Below are positions 24,484 to 36,400 of a stretch of DNA of 64,000 bases, one piece after another. Origin of the DNA: the human T2T-CHM13v2.0 reference genome, Homo sapiens; assembly GCF_009914755.1 (NCBI RefSeq), contig NC_060941.1, one strand, 5' to 3'. A program made the translations under genes and the position numbers. Within the stretch, counting starts at the first letter, position 1, and each line of letters begins with the position of its first letter. The notes beneath the pieces are model-generated. The model searched no databases, was not told the DNA's origin, and was given only the letters and a program-made list of their open reading frames with translations.

Positions 24484-27400
24484 TTTCCTTCGGAAAGAGC
24501 AGCTATGAAACACTCTTTTTCTAGAATCTGCAAGTGGACATTGGGAGGGCTGTGAGGTTTGTGGTGGAAAAGGAAATATCTCCACATAAATACTAGATAG
24601 AAGCCTTCTCAGAAACTACTTTGTGATGACTGCATTCACCTCACGGAGTGGAGCATTCCTATTGACAGAGCAGTTTGGAAACACTCTTCTTGTAGAATCG
24701 GCTACTGGAGATTTGGAGCGCTTTGAGGCCTATGGTAGTAAAGGGAAGAGCTTCACATAAAATCTAGACAGAAGCATTCTCAGAAAATACTTTGTGATGA
24801 TTGAGTTTAACACACAGAGCTGAACATTCCTTTGGATGGAGAAGGTTTGAAACACACTTTCTGTAGAATCTGCGAGTGGATATTTGGACCTCTCTGAGGA
24901 TTTCGTTGGAAACGGGATAACTGCACCTAACTAAACGGAAGCATTCTCACAAAATTCTTTGTGATGTTTGCATTCAAATCCCAGAGTTGAACCTTCCTTT
25001 GATAGTTCAGCTTTGAAACACTCTTTTTGTAGGTTCTGCAGGTGGATATTTGGACCACTCTTTGGCCTTCGTTCGAAACGGGTACATCTTCAAATAAAAT
25101 CTAGACAGAAGCCTTCTCAGAAACTTCTCTGTGACGATTGCATTCAACTCAGAGAGTTGAACCCTCCTATGGATAGAGCAGTTTTGAATCTCTCTTTTTG
25201 TGGAATCTGCAAGTGGATATGTGGTCCTCTTTGAAGATGTCTTTGGAAACGGGAATATCTTCACATAAAAACTAAACAGAAGCATTCTCAGAAACTTCTC
25301 TGTGATGTTTGTGTTCAACTCACAGAGTTTCACGTTGCTTTTCATAGAGCAGATGAGAAACATGCTTTTCGTAGTGTCTGCAAGTGGACATTTGGAGAGC
25401 TTTCAGGCCTGTGGTGGAAAACGAATTATCGTCACGTAAAAACTAGAGAGAAGCATTGTCAGAAACTTGTTTGTGATGACTGCATTCAACTCACAGAGTT
25501 GAAGGTTCCTTTTCAAACAGCAGTTTCCAAACACTCTTTCTGTGGCATCTGCAAGTGGATGTTTGGGCCTCTTTGAAGATTTCGTTGGAAACGGGATAAT
25601 CTTCACAGAAAAGCTAAACAGAAGCATGCTCAGAAACTTCTTTGTGATGTTTGCTTTCAACTCACAGAGTTGAACTTTCCTTTTGAGAGAGAAGCTTTGA
25701 AACACTCTTTTTCTAGAATCTGCAAGTGGATATTTGGAGGGCTTTGAGGCCTGAGGTGGAACAGGAATTATCTTCCCGTAAGAACTAGATAGATGCATTC
25801 TCAGAAACTACTTTGTGACGATTGCATTCAAGTCACAGAGGTGAACATTCCCTTTCAGAGAGCACTTTGGAAACTCTCGTTGTGTAGAATCTGCAAGTGG
25901 AGATATGGACCGCTTTGAGGCCTATGGTAGTAAAGGAAACAGCTTCATATAAAAACTAGACAGCAGCATTCTCAGAAAACTCTTTGTGACGACTGAGTTT
26001 AACTCACAGGGCTGAACATTCCTTTGGATGGAGCAGTTTGGAAACACACTATCTGTAGGATCTGCAAGCGGATACTTGGGCCTCCCTGAGGATTTCGTGG
26101 GAAACGGGATAAACCGCACAGAACTAAACAGAAGCATTCTCAGAACCTTCTTCGTGATGTTTGCATTCAACCCACAGTGTTGAACCTTTCTTTGATAGTT
26201 CAGGTTTGAAACACTCTTTTTGTAGAAACTGCAAGTGGATAACTGCACTTCTTTGAGGCCTATCGTAGTAAAGGAAATAACTTCCTATAAAAACAAGACA
26301 GAAGCTTTCTCAGAAAATTCTCTGGGATGATTGAGTTGAACTCACAGAGCAGTACTTTCCTTGGGATGGAGTAGTATCGAAACACACTTTCTGTAGAATC
26401 TGCAAGTGGATATTTGGACCTGTCTGAGGAATTCGTTGCAAACGGGATAATTTCAGCTAAGTAAACAGAAGCAGTCTCAGAATCTTCTTGTGATGTTTGC
26501 ATTCACATCCCAAAATGGAACCTTCCTTTGAAAGTTCAGGTTGGAAACACTCTTTTTGCAGGATCTACAAGTGGATATTCGGACCACTCTGTGGACTTCG
26601 TTCGAAACGGGTATATCTTCACATAACGTCTAGACAGAATCATTCTCAGAAACTTTTCTGTGATGACTGCATTCAACTCACAGAGTTGAACACTACTTTT
26701 GAGAGCGCAGTTTTGAAACTCTCTTTCTCTGGAATCTGCAAGGGGACATGCAGACCTCTTTGAAGGTTTCGTTGGAAACGGAATCATCTTCACATAAAAA
26801 TTACACGGAAGCATCCTCAGGAACTCCTTGGTGATGTTTGTATTCAACTTCCAGAGTTGAACTTTCCTTCGGAAAGAGCAGCTATGAAACACTCTTTTTC
26901 TAGAATCTGCAAGTGGACATTGGGAGGGCTGTGAGGTTTGTGGTGGAAAAGGAAATATCTCCACATAAATACTAGATAGAAGCCTTCTCAGAAACTACTT
27001 TGTGATGACTGCATTCACCTCACGGAGTGGAGCATTCCTATTGACAGAGCAGTTTGGAAACACTCTTGTTGTAGAATCGGCTAGTGGAGAGTTGGAGCGC
27101 TTTGAGGCCTATGGTAGTAAAGGGAAGAGCTTCACATAAAATCTAGACAGAAGCATTCTCAGAAAATACTTTGTGATGATTGAGTTTAACACACAGAGCT
27201 GAACATTCCTTTGGATGGAGAAGGTTTGAAACACACTTTCTGTAGAATCTGCGAGTGGATATTTGGACCTCTCTGAGGATTTCGTTGGAAACGGGATAAC
27301 TGCACCTAACTAAACGGAAGCATTCTCACAAAATTCTTTGTGATGTTTGCATTCAAATCCCAGAGTTGAACCTTCCTTTGATAGTTCAGCTTTGAAACAC

Positions 27401-30400
27401 TCTTTTTGTAGGTTCTGCAGGTGGATATTTGGACCACTCTTTGGCCTTCGTTCGAAACGGGTACATCTTCAAATAAAATCTAGACAGAAGCCTTCTCAGA
27501 AACTTCTCTGTGACGATTGCATTCAACTCAGAGAGTTGAACCCTCCTATGGATAGAGCAGTTTTGAATCTCTCTTTTTGTGGAATCTGCAAGTGGATATG
27601 TGGTCCTCTTTGAAGATGTCTTTGGAAACGGGAATATCTTCACATAAAAACTAAACAGAAGCATTCTCAGAAACTTCTCTGTGATGTTTGTGTTCAACTC
27701 ACAGAGTTTCACGTTGCTTTTCATAGAGCAGATGAGAAACATGCTTTTCGTAGGGTCTGCAAGTGGACATTTGGAGAGCTTTCAGGCCTGTGGTGGAAAA
27801 CGAATTATCGTCACGTAAAAACTAGAGAGAAGCATTGTCAGAAACTTGTTTGTGATGACTGCATTCAACTCACAGAGTTGAAGGTTCCTTTTCAAACAGC
27901 AGTTTCCAAACACTCTTTCTGTGGCATCTGCAAGTGGATGTTTGGGCCTCTTTGAAGATTTCGTTGGAAACGGGATAATCTTCACAGAAAAGCTAAACAG
28001 AAGCATGCTCAGAAACTTCTTTGTGATGTTTGCTTTCAACTCACAGAGTTGAACTTTCCTTTTGAGAGAGAAGCTTTGAAACACTCTTTTTCTAGAATCT
28101 GCAAGTGGATATTTGGAGGGCTTTGAGGCCTGAGGTGGAACAGGAATTATCTTCCCGTAAGAACTAGATAGATGCATTCTCAGAAACTACTTTGTGACGA
28201 TTGCATTCAAGTCACAGAGGTGAACATTCCCTTTCAGAGAGCACTTTGGAAACTCTCGTTGTGTAGAATCTGCAAGTGGAGATATGGACCACTTTGAGGC
28301 CTATGGTAGTAAAGGAAACAGCTTCATATAAAAACTAGACAGCAGCATTCTCAGAAAACTCTTTGTGACGACTGAGTTTAACTCACAGGGCTGAACATTC
28401 CTTTGGATGGAGCAGTTTGGAAACACACTATCTGTAGGATCTGCAAGCGGATACTTGGGCCTCCCTGAGGATTTCGTGGGAAACGGGATAAACCGCACAG
28501 AACTAAACAGAAGCATTCTCAGAACCTTCTTCGTGATGTTTGCATTCAACCCACAGTGTTGAACCTTTCTTTGATAGTTCAGGTTTGAAACACTCTTTTT
28601 GTAGAAACTGCAAGTGGATAACTGCACTTCTTTGAGGCCTATCGTAGTAAAGGAAATAACTTCCTATAAAAACAAGACAGAAGCTTTCTCAGAAAATTCT
28701 CTGGGATGATTGAGTTGAACTCACAGAGCAGTACTTTCCTTGGGATGGAGTAGTATCGAAACACACTTTCTGTAGAATCTGCAAGTGGATATTTGGACCT
28801 GTCTGAGGAATTCGTTGCAAACGGGATAATTTCAGCTAAGTAAACAGAAGCAGTCTCAGAATCTTCTTGTGATGTTTGCATTCAAATCCCAGAATGGAAC
28901 CTTCCTTTGAAAGTTCAGGTTGGAAACACTCTTTTTGCAGGATCTACAAGTGGATATTCGGACCACTCTGTGGACTTCGTTCGAAACGGGTATATCTTCA
29001 CATAACATCTAGACAGAATCATTCTCAGAAACTTTTCTGTGATGACTGCATTCAACTCACAGAGTTGAACACTACTTTTGAGAGCGCAGTTTTGAAACTC
29101 TCTTTCTCTGGAATCTGCAAGGGGACATGCAGACCTCTTTGAAGGTTTCGTTGGAAACGTAATCATCTTCACATAAAAATTACACGGAAGCATCCTCAGG
29201 AACTCCTTGGTGATGTTTGTATTCAACTTCCAGAGTTGAACTTTCCTTCGGAAAGAGCAGCTATGAAACACTCTTTTTCTAGAATCTGCAAGTGGACATT
29301 GGGAGGGCTGTGAGGTTTGTGGTGGAAAAGGAAATATCTCCACATAAATACTAGATAGAAGCCTTCTCAGAAACTACTTTGTGATGACTGCATTCACCTC
29401 ACGGAGTGGAGCATTCCTATTGACAGAGCAGTTTGGAAACACTCTTCTTGTAGAATCGGCTAGTGGAGAGTTGGAGCGCTTTGAGGCCTATGGTAGTAAA
29501 GGGAAGAGCTTCACATAAAATCTAGACAGAAGCATTCTCAGAAAATACTTTGTGATGATTGAGTTTAACACACAGAGCTGAACATTCCTTTGGATGGAGA
29601 AGGTTTGAAACACACTTTCTGTAGAATCTGCGAGTGGATATTTGGACCTCTCTGAGGATTTCGTTGGAAACGGGATAACTGCACCTAACTAAACGGAAGC
29701 ATTCTCACAAAATTCTTTGTGATGTTTGCATTCAAATCCCAGAGTTGAACCTTCCTTTGATAGTTCAGCTTTGAAACACTCTTTTTGTAGGTTCTGCAGG
29801 TGGATATTTGGACCACTCTTTGGCCTTCGTTCGAAACGGGTACATCTTCAAATAAAATCTAGACAGAAGCCTTCTCAGAAACTTCTCTGTGACGATTGCA
29901 TTCAACTCAGAGAGTTGAACCCTCCTATGGATAGAGCAGTTTTGAATCTCTCTTTTTGTGGAATCTGCAAGTGGATATGTGGTCCTCTTTGAAGATGTCT
30001 TTGGAAACGGGAATATCTTCACATAAAAACTAAACAGAAGCATTCTCAGAAACTTCTCTGTGATGTTTGTGTTCAACTCACAGAGTTTCACGTTGCTTTT
30101 CATAGAGCAGATGAGAAACATGCTTTTCGTAGGGTCTGCAAGTGGACATTTGGAGAGCTTTCAGGCCTGTGGTGGAAAACGAATTATCGTCACGTAAAAA
30201 CTAGAGAGAAGCATTGTCAGAAACTTGTTTGTGATGACTGCATTCAACTCACAGAGTTGAAGGTTCCTTTTCAAACAGCAGTTTCCAAACACTCTTTCTG
30301 TGGCATCTGCAAGTGGATGTTTGGGCCTCTTTGAAGATTTCGTTGGAAACGGGATAATCTTCACAGAAAAGCTAAACAGAAGCATGCTCAGAAACTTCTT

Positions 30401-33400
30401 TGTGATGTTTGCTTTCAACTCACAGAGTTGAACTTTCCTTTTGAGAGAGAAGCTTTGAAACACTCTTTTTCTAGAATCTGCAAGTGGATATTTGGAGGGC
30501 TTTGAGGCCTGAGGTGGAACAGGAATTATCTTCCCGTAAGAACTAGATAGATGCATTCTCAGAAACTACTTTGTGACGATTGCATTCAAGTCACAGAGGT
30601 GAACATTCCCTTTCAGAGAGCACTTTGGAAACTCTCGTTGTGTAGAATCTGCAAGTGGAGATATGGACCGCTTTGAGGCCTCTGGTAGTAAAGGAAACAG
30701 CTTCATATAAAAACTAGACAGCAGCATTCTCAGAAAACTCTTTGTGACGACTGAGTTTAACTCACAGGGCTGAACATTCCTTTGGATGGAGCAGTTTGGA
30801 AACACACTATCTGTAGGATCTGCAAGCGGATACTTGGGCCTCCCTGAGGATTTCGTGGGAAACGGGATAAACCGCACAGAACTAAACAGAAGCATTCTCA
30901 GAACCTTCTTCGTGATGTTTGCATTCAACCCACAGTGTTGAACCTTTCTTTGATAGTTCAGGTTTGAAACACTCTTTTTGTAGAAACTGCAAGTGGATAA
31001 CTGCACTTCTTTGAGGCCTATCGTAGTAAAAGAAATAACTTCCTATAAAAACAAGACAGAAGCTTTCTCAGAAAATTCTCTGGGATGATTGAGTTGAACT
31101 CACAGAGCAGTACTTTCCTTGGGATGGAGTAGTTTCGAAACACACTTTCTGTAGAATCTGCAAGTGGATATTTGGTCCTGTCTGAGGAATTCTTTGCAAA
31201 CGGGATAATTTCAGCTAAGTAAACAGAAGCAGTCTCAGAATCTTCTTGTGATGTTTGCATTCAAATCCCAGAATGGAACCTTCCTTTGAAAGTTCAGGTT
31301 GGAAACACTCTTTTTGCAGGATCTACAAGTGGATATTCGGACCACTCTGTGGACTTCGTTCGAAACGGGTATATCTTCACATAACATCTAGACAGAAGCA
31401 TTCTCAGAAACTTTTCTGTGATGACTGCATTCAACTCAGAGAGTTGAACACTCCTTTTGAGAGCGCAGTTTTGAAACTCTCTTTCTCTGGAATCTGCAAG
31501 GGGACATGCAGACATCTTTGAAGGTTTCGTTGGAAACGGAATCATCTTCACATAAAAATTACACGGAAGCATCCTCAGGAACTCCTTGGTGATGTTTGTA
31601 TTCAACTTCCAGAGTTGAACTTTCCTTCGGAAAGAGCAGCTATGAAACACTCTTTTTCTAGAATCTGCAAGTGGACATTGGGAGGGCTGTGAGGTTTGTG
31701 GTGGAAAAGGAAATATCTCCACATAAATACTAGATAGAAGCCTTCTCAGAAACTACTTTGTGATGACTGCATTCACCTCACGGAGTGGAGCATTCCTATT
31801 GACAGAGCAGTTTGGAAACACTCTTCTTGTAGGATCGGCTAGTGGAGAGTTGGAGCGCTTTGAGGCCTATGTTAGTAAAGGGAAGAGCTTCACATAAAAT
31901 CTAGACAGAAGCATTCTCAGAAAATACTTTGTGATGATTGAGTTTAACACACAGAGCTGAACATTCCTTTGGATGGAGAAGGTTTGAAACACACTTTCTG
32001 TAGAATCTGCGAGTGGATATTTGGACCTCTCTGAGGATTTCGTTGGAAACGGGATAACTGCACCTAACTAAACGGAAGCATTCTCACAAAATTCTTTGTG
32101 ATGTTTGCATTCAAATCCCAGAGTTGAACCTTCCTTTGATAGTTCAGCTTTGAAACACTCTTTCTGTAGGTTCTGCAGGTGGATATTTGGACCACTCTTT
32201 GGCCTTCGTTCGAAACGGGTACATCTTCAAATAAAATCTAGACAGAAGCCTTCTCAGAAACTTCTCTGTGACGATTGCATTCAACTCAGAGAGTTGAACC
32301 CTCCTATGGATAGAGCAGTTTTGAATCTCTCTTTTTGTGGAATCTGCAAGTGGATATGTGGTCCTCTTTGAAGATGTCTTTGGAAACGGGAATATCTTCA
32401 CATAAAAACTAAACAGAAGCATTCTCAGAAACTTCTCTGTGATGTTTGTGTTCAACTCACAGAGTTTCACGTTGCTTTTCATAGAGCAGATGAGAAACAT
32501 GCTTTTCGTAGGGTCTGCAAGTGGACATTTGGAGAGCTTTCAGGCCTGTGGTGGAAAACGAATTATCGTCACGTAAAAACTAGAGAGAAGCATTGTCAGA
32601 AACTTGTTTGTGATGACTGCATTCAACTCACAGAGTTGAAGGTTCCTTTTCAAACAGCAGTTTCCAAACACTCTTTCTGTGGCATCTGCAAGTGGATGTT
32701 TGGGCCTCTTTGAAGATTTCGTTGGAAACGGGATAATCTTCACAGAAAAGCTAAACAGAAGCATGCTCAGAAACTTCTTTGTGATGTTTGCTTTCAACTC
32801 ACAGAGTTGAACTTTCCTTTTGAGAGAGAAGCTTTGAAACACTCTTTTTCTAGAATCTGCAAGTGGATATTTGGAGGGCTTTGAGGCCTGAGGTGGAACA
32901 GGAATTATCTTCCCGTAAGAACTAGATAGATGCATTCTCAGAAACTACTTTGTGACGATTGCATTCAAGTCACAGAGGTGAACATTCCCTTTCAGAGAGC
33001 ACTTTGGAAACTCTCGTTGTGTAGAATCTGCAAGTGGAGATATGGACCGCTTTGAGGCCTATGGTAGTAAAGGAAACAGCTTCATATAAAAACTAGACAG
33101 CAGCATTCTCAGAAAACTCTTTGTGACGACTGAGTTTAACTCACAGGGCTGAACATTCCTTTGGATGGAGCAGTTTGGAAACACACTATCTGTAGGATCT
33201 GCAAGCGGATACTTGGGCCTCCCTGAGGATTTCGTGGGAAACGGGATAAACCGCACAGAACTAAACAGAAGCATTCTCAGAACCTTCTTCGTGATGTTTG
33301 CATTCAACCCACAGTGTTGAACCTTTCTTTGATAGTTCAGGTTTGAAACACTCTTTTTGTAGAAACTGCAAGTGGATAACTGCACTTCTTTGAGGCCTAT

Positions 33401-36400
33401 CGTAGTAAAGGAAATAACTTCCTATAAAAACAAGACAGAAGCTTTCTCAGAAAATTCTCTGGGATGATTGAGTTGAACTCACAGAGCAGTACTTTCCTTG
33501 GGATGGAGTAGTATCGAAACACACTTTCTGTAGAATCTGCAAGTGGATATTTGGACCTGTCTGAGGAATTCGTTGCAAACGGGATAATTTCAGCTAAGTA
33601 AACAGAAGCAGTCTCAGAATCTTCTTGTGATGTTTGCATTCAAATCCCAGAATGGAACCTTCCTTTGAAAGTTCAGGTTGGAAACACTCTTTTTGCAGGA
33701 TCTACAAGTGGATATTCGGACCACTCTGTGGACTTCGTTCGAAACGGGTATATCTTCACATAACATCTAGACAGAATCATTCTCAGAAACTTTTCTGTGA
33801 TGACTGCATTCAACTCACAGAGTTGAACACTACTTTTGAGAGCGCAGTTTTGAAACTCTCTTTCTCTGGAATCTGCAAGGGGACATGCAGACCTCTTTGA
33901 AGGTTTCGTTGGAAACGGAATCATCTTCACATAAAAATTACACGGAAGCATCCTCAGGAACTCCTTGGTGATGTTTGTATTCAACTTCCAGAGTTGAACT
34001 TTCCTTCGGAAAGAGCAGCTATGAAACACTCTTTTTCTAGAATCTGCAAGTGGACATTGGGAGGGCTGTGAGGTTTGTGGTGGAAAAGGAAATATCTCCA
34101 CATAAATACTAGATAGAAGCCTTCTCAGAAACTACTTTGTGATGACTGCATTCACCTCACGGAGTGGAGCATTCCTATTGACAGAGCAGTTTGGAAACAC
34201 TCTTCTTGTAGAATCGGCTAGTGGAGAGTTGGAGCGCTTTGAGGCCTATGGTAGTAAAGGGAAGAGCTTCACATAAAATCTAGACAGAAGCATTCTCAGA
34301 AAATACTTTGTGATGATTGAGTTTAACACACAGAGCTGAACATTCCTTTGGATGGAGAAGGTTTGAAACACACTTTCTGTAGAATCTGCGAGTGGATATT
34401 TGGACCTCTCTGAGGATTTCGTTGGAAACGGGATAACTGCACCTAACTAAACGGAAGCATTCTCACAAAATTCTTTGTGATGTTTGCATTCAAATCCCAG
34501 AGTTGAACCTTCCTTTGATAGTTCAGCTTTGAAACACTCTTTTTGTAGGTTCTGCAGGTGGATATTTGGACCACTCTTTGGCCTTCGTTCGAAACGGGTA
34601 CATCTTCAAATAAAATCTAGACAGAAGCCTTCTCAGAAACTTCTCTGTGACGATTGCATTCAACTCAGAGAGTTGAACCCTCCTATGGATAGAGCAGTTT
34701 TGAATCTCTCTTTTTGTGGAATCTGCAAGTGGATATGTGGTCCTCTTTGAAGATGTCTTTGGAAACGGGAATATCTTCACATAAAAACTAAACAGAAGCA
34801 TTCTCAGAAACTTCTCTGTGATGTTTGTGTTCAACTCACAGAGTTTCACGTTGCTTTTCATAGAGCAGATGAGAAACATGCTTTTCGTAGGGTCTGCAAG
34901 TGGACATTTGGAGAGCTTTCAGGCCTGTGGTGGAAAACGAATTATCGTCACGTAAAAACTAGAGAGAAGCATTGTCAGAAACTTGTTTGTGATGACTGCA
35001 TTCAACTCACAGAGTTGAAGGTTCCTTTTCAAACAGCAGTTTCCAAACACTCTTTCTGTGGCATCTGCAAGTGGATGTTTGGGCCTCTTTGAAGATTTCG
35101 TTGGAAACGGGATAATCTTCACAGAAAAGCTAAACAGAAGCATGCTCAGAAACTTCTTTGTGATGTTTGCTTTCAACTCACAGAGTTGAACTTTCCTTTT
35201 GAGAGAGAAGCTTTGAAACACTCTTTTTCTAGAATCTGCAAGTGGATATTTGGAGGGCTTTGAGGCCTGAGGTGGAACAGGAATTATCTTCCCGTAAGAA
35301 CTAGATAGATGCATTCTCAGAAACTACTTTGTGACGATTGCATTCAAGTCACAGAGGTGAACATTCCCTTTCAGAGAGCACTTTGGAAACTCTCGTTGTG
35401 TAGAATCTGCAAGTGGAGATATGGACCGCTTTGAGGCCTCTGGTAGTAAAGGAAACAGCTTCATATAAAAACTAGACAGCAGCATTCTCAGAAAACTCTT
35501 TGTGACGACTGAGTTTAACTCACAGGGCTGAACATTCCTTTGGATGGAGCAGTTTGGAAACACACTATCTGTAGGATCTGCAAGCGGATACTTGGGCCTC
35601 CCTGAGGATTTCGTGGGAAACGGGATAAACCGCACAGAACTAAACAGAAGCATTCTCAGAACCTTCTTCGTGATGTTTGCATTCAACCCACAGTGTTGAA
35701 CCTTTCTTTGATAGTTCAGGTTTGAAACACTCTTTTTGTAGAAACTGCAAGTGGATAACTGCACTTCTTTGAGGCCTATCGTAGTAAAAGAAATAACTTC
35801 CTATAAAAACAAGACAGAAGCTTTCTCAGAAAATTCTCTGGGATGATTGAGTTGAACTCACAGAGCAGTACTTTCCTTGGGATGGAGTAGTTTCGAAACA
35901 CACTTTCTGTAGAATCTGCAAGTGGATATTTGGACCTGTCTGAGGAATTCTTTGCAAACGGGATAATTTCAGCTAAGTAAACAGAAGCAGTCTCAGAATC
36001 TTCTTGTGATGTTTGCATTCAAATCCCAGAATGGAACCTTCCTTTGAAAGTTCAGGTTGGAAACACTCTTTTTGCAGGATCTACAAGTGGATATTCGGAC
36101 CACTCTGTGGACTTCGTTCGAAACGGGTATATCTTCACATAACATCTAGACAGAAGCATTCTCAGAAACTTTTCTGTGATGACTGCATTCAACTCAGAGA
36201 GTTGAACACTCCTTTTGAGAGCGCAGTTTTGAAACTCTCTTTCTCTGGAATCTGCAAGGGGACATGCAGACATCTTTGAAGGTTTCGTTGGAAACGGAAT
36301 CATCTTCACATAAAAATTACACGGAAGCATCCTCAGGAACTCCTTGGTGATGTTTGTATTCAACTTCCAGAGTTGAACTTTCCTTCGGAAAGAGCAGCTA

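Larger units (their letters stand above)
22157..24538 (+). repeat. HOR structural variant: 1191-bp (7-monomer) tandem duplication, making U10 a 21-mer of 3574 bp
   Basis: ORF track repeats at +1191 (22348->23539, 22686->23877, 22923->24114); EcoRI sites at 22855 and 24046; chimeric monomer with junction inside 23315-23347. Confidence 0.93.

Noticed and set aside
20579-24587. Novel-looking ORF N-termini (MWRYFLFHHK..., 62-aa and 126-aa ORFs)
   Set aside because: These are frameshift and fusion artefacts of the +4 hairpin indel and the duplication junction.
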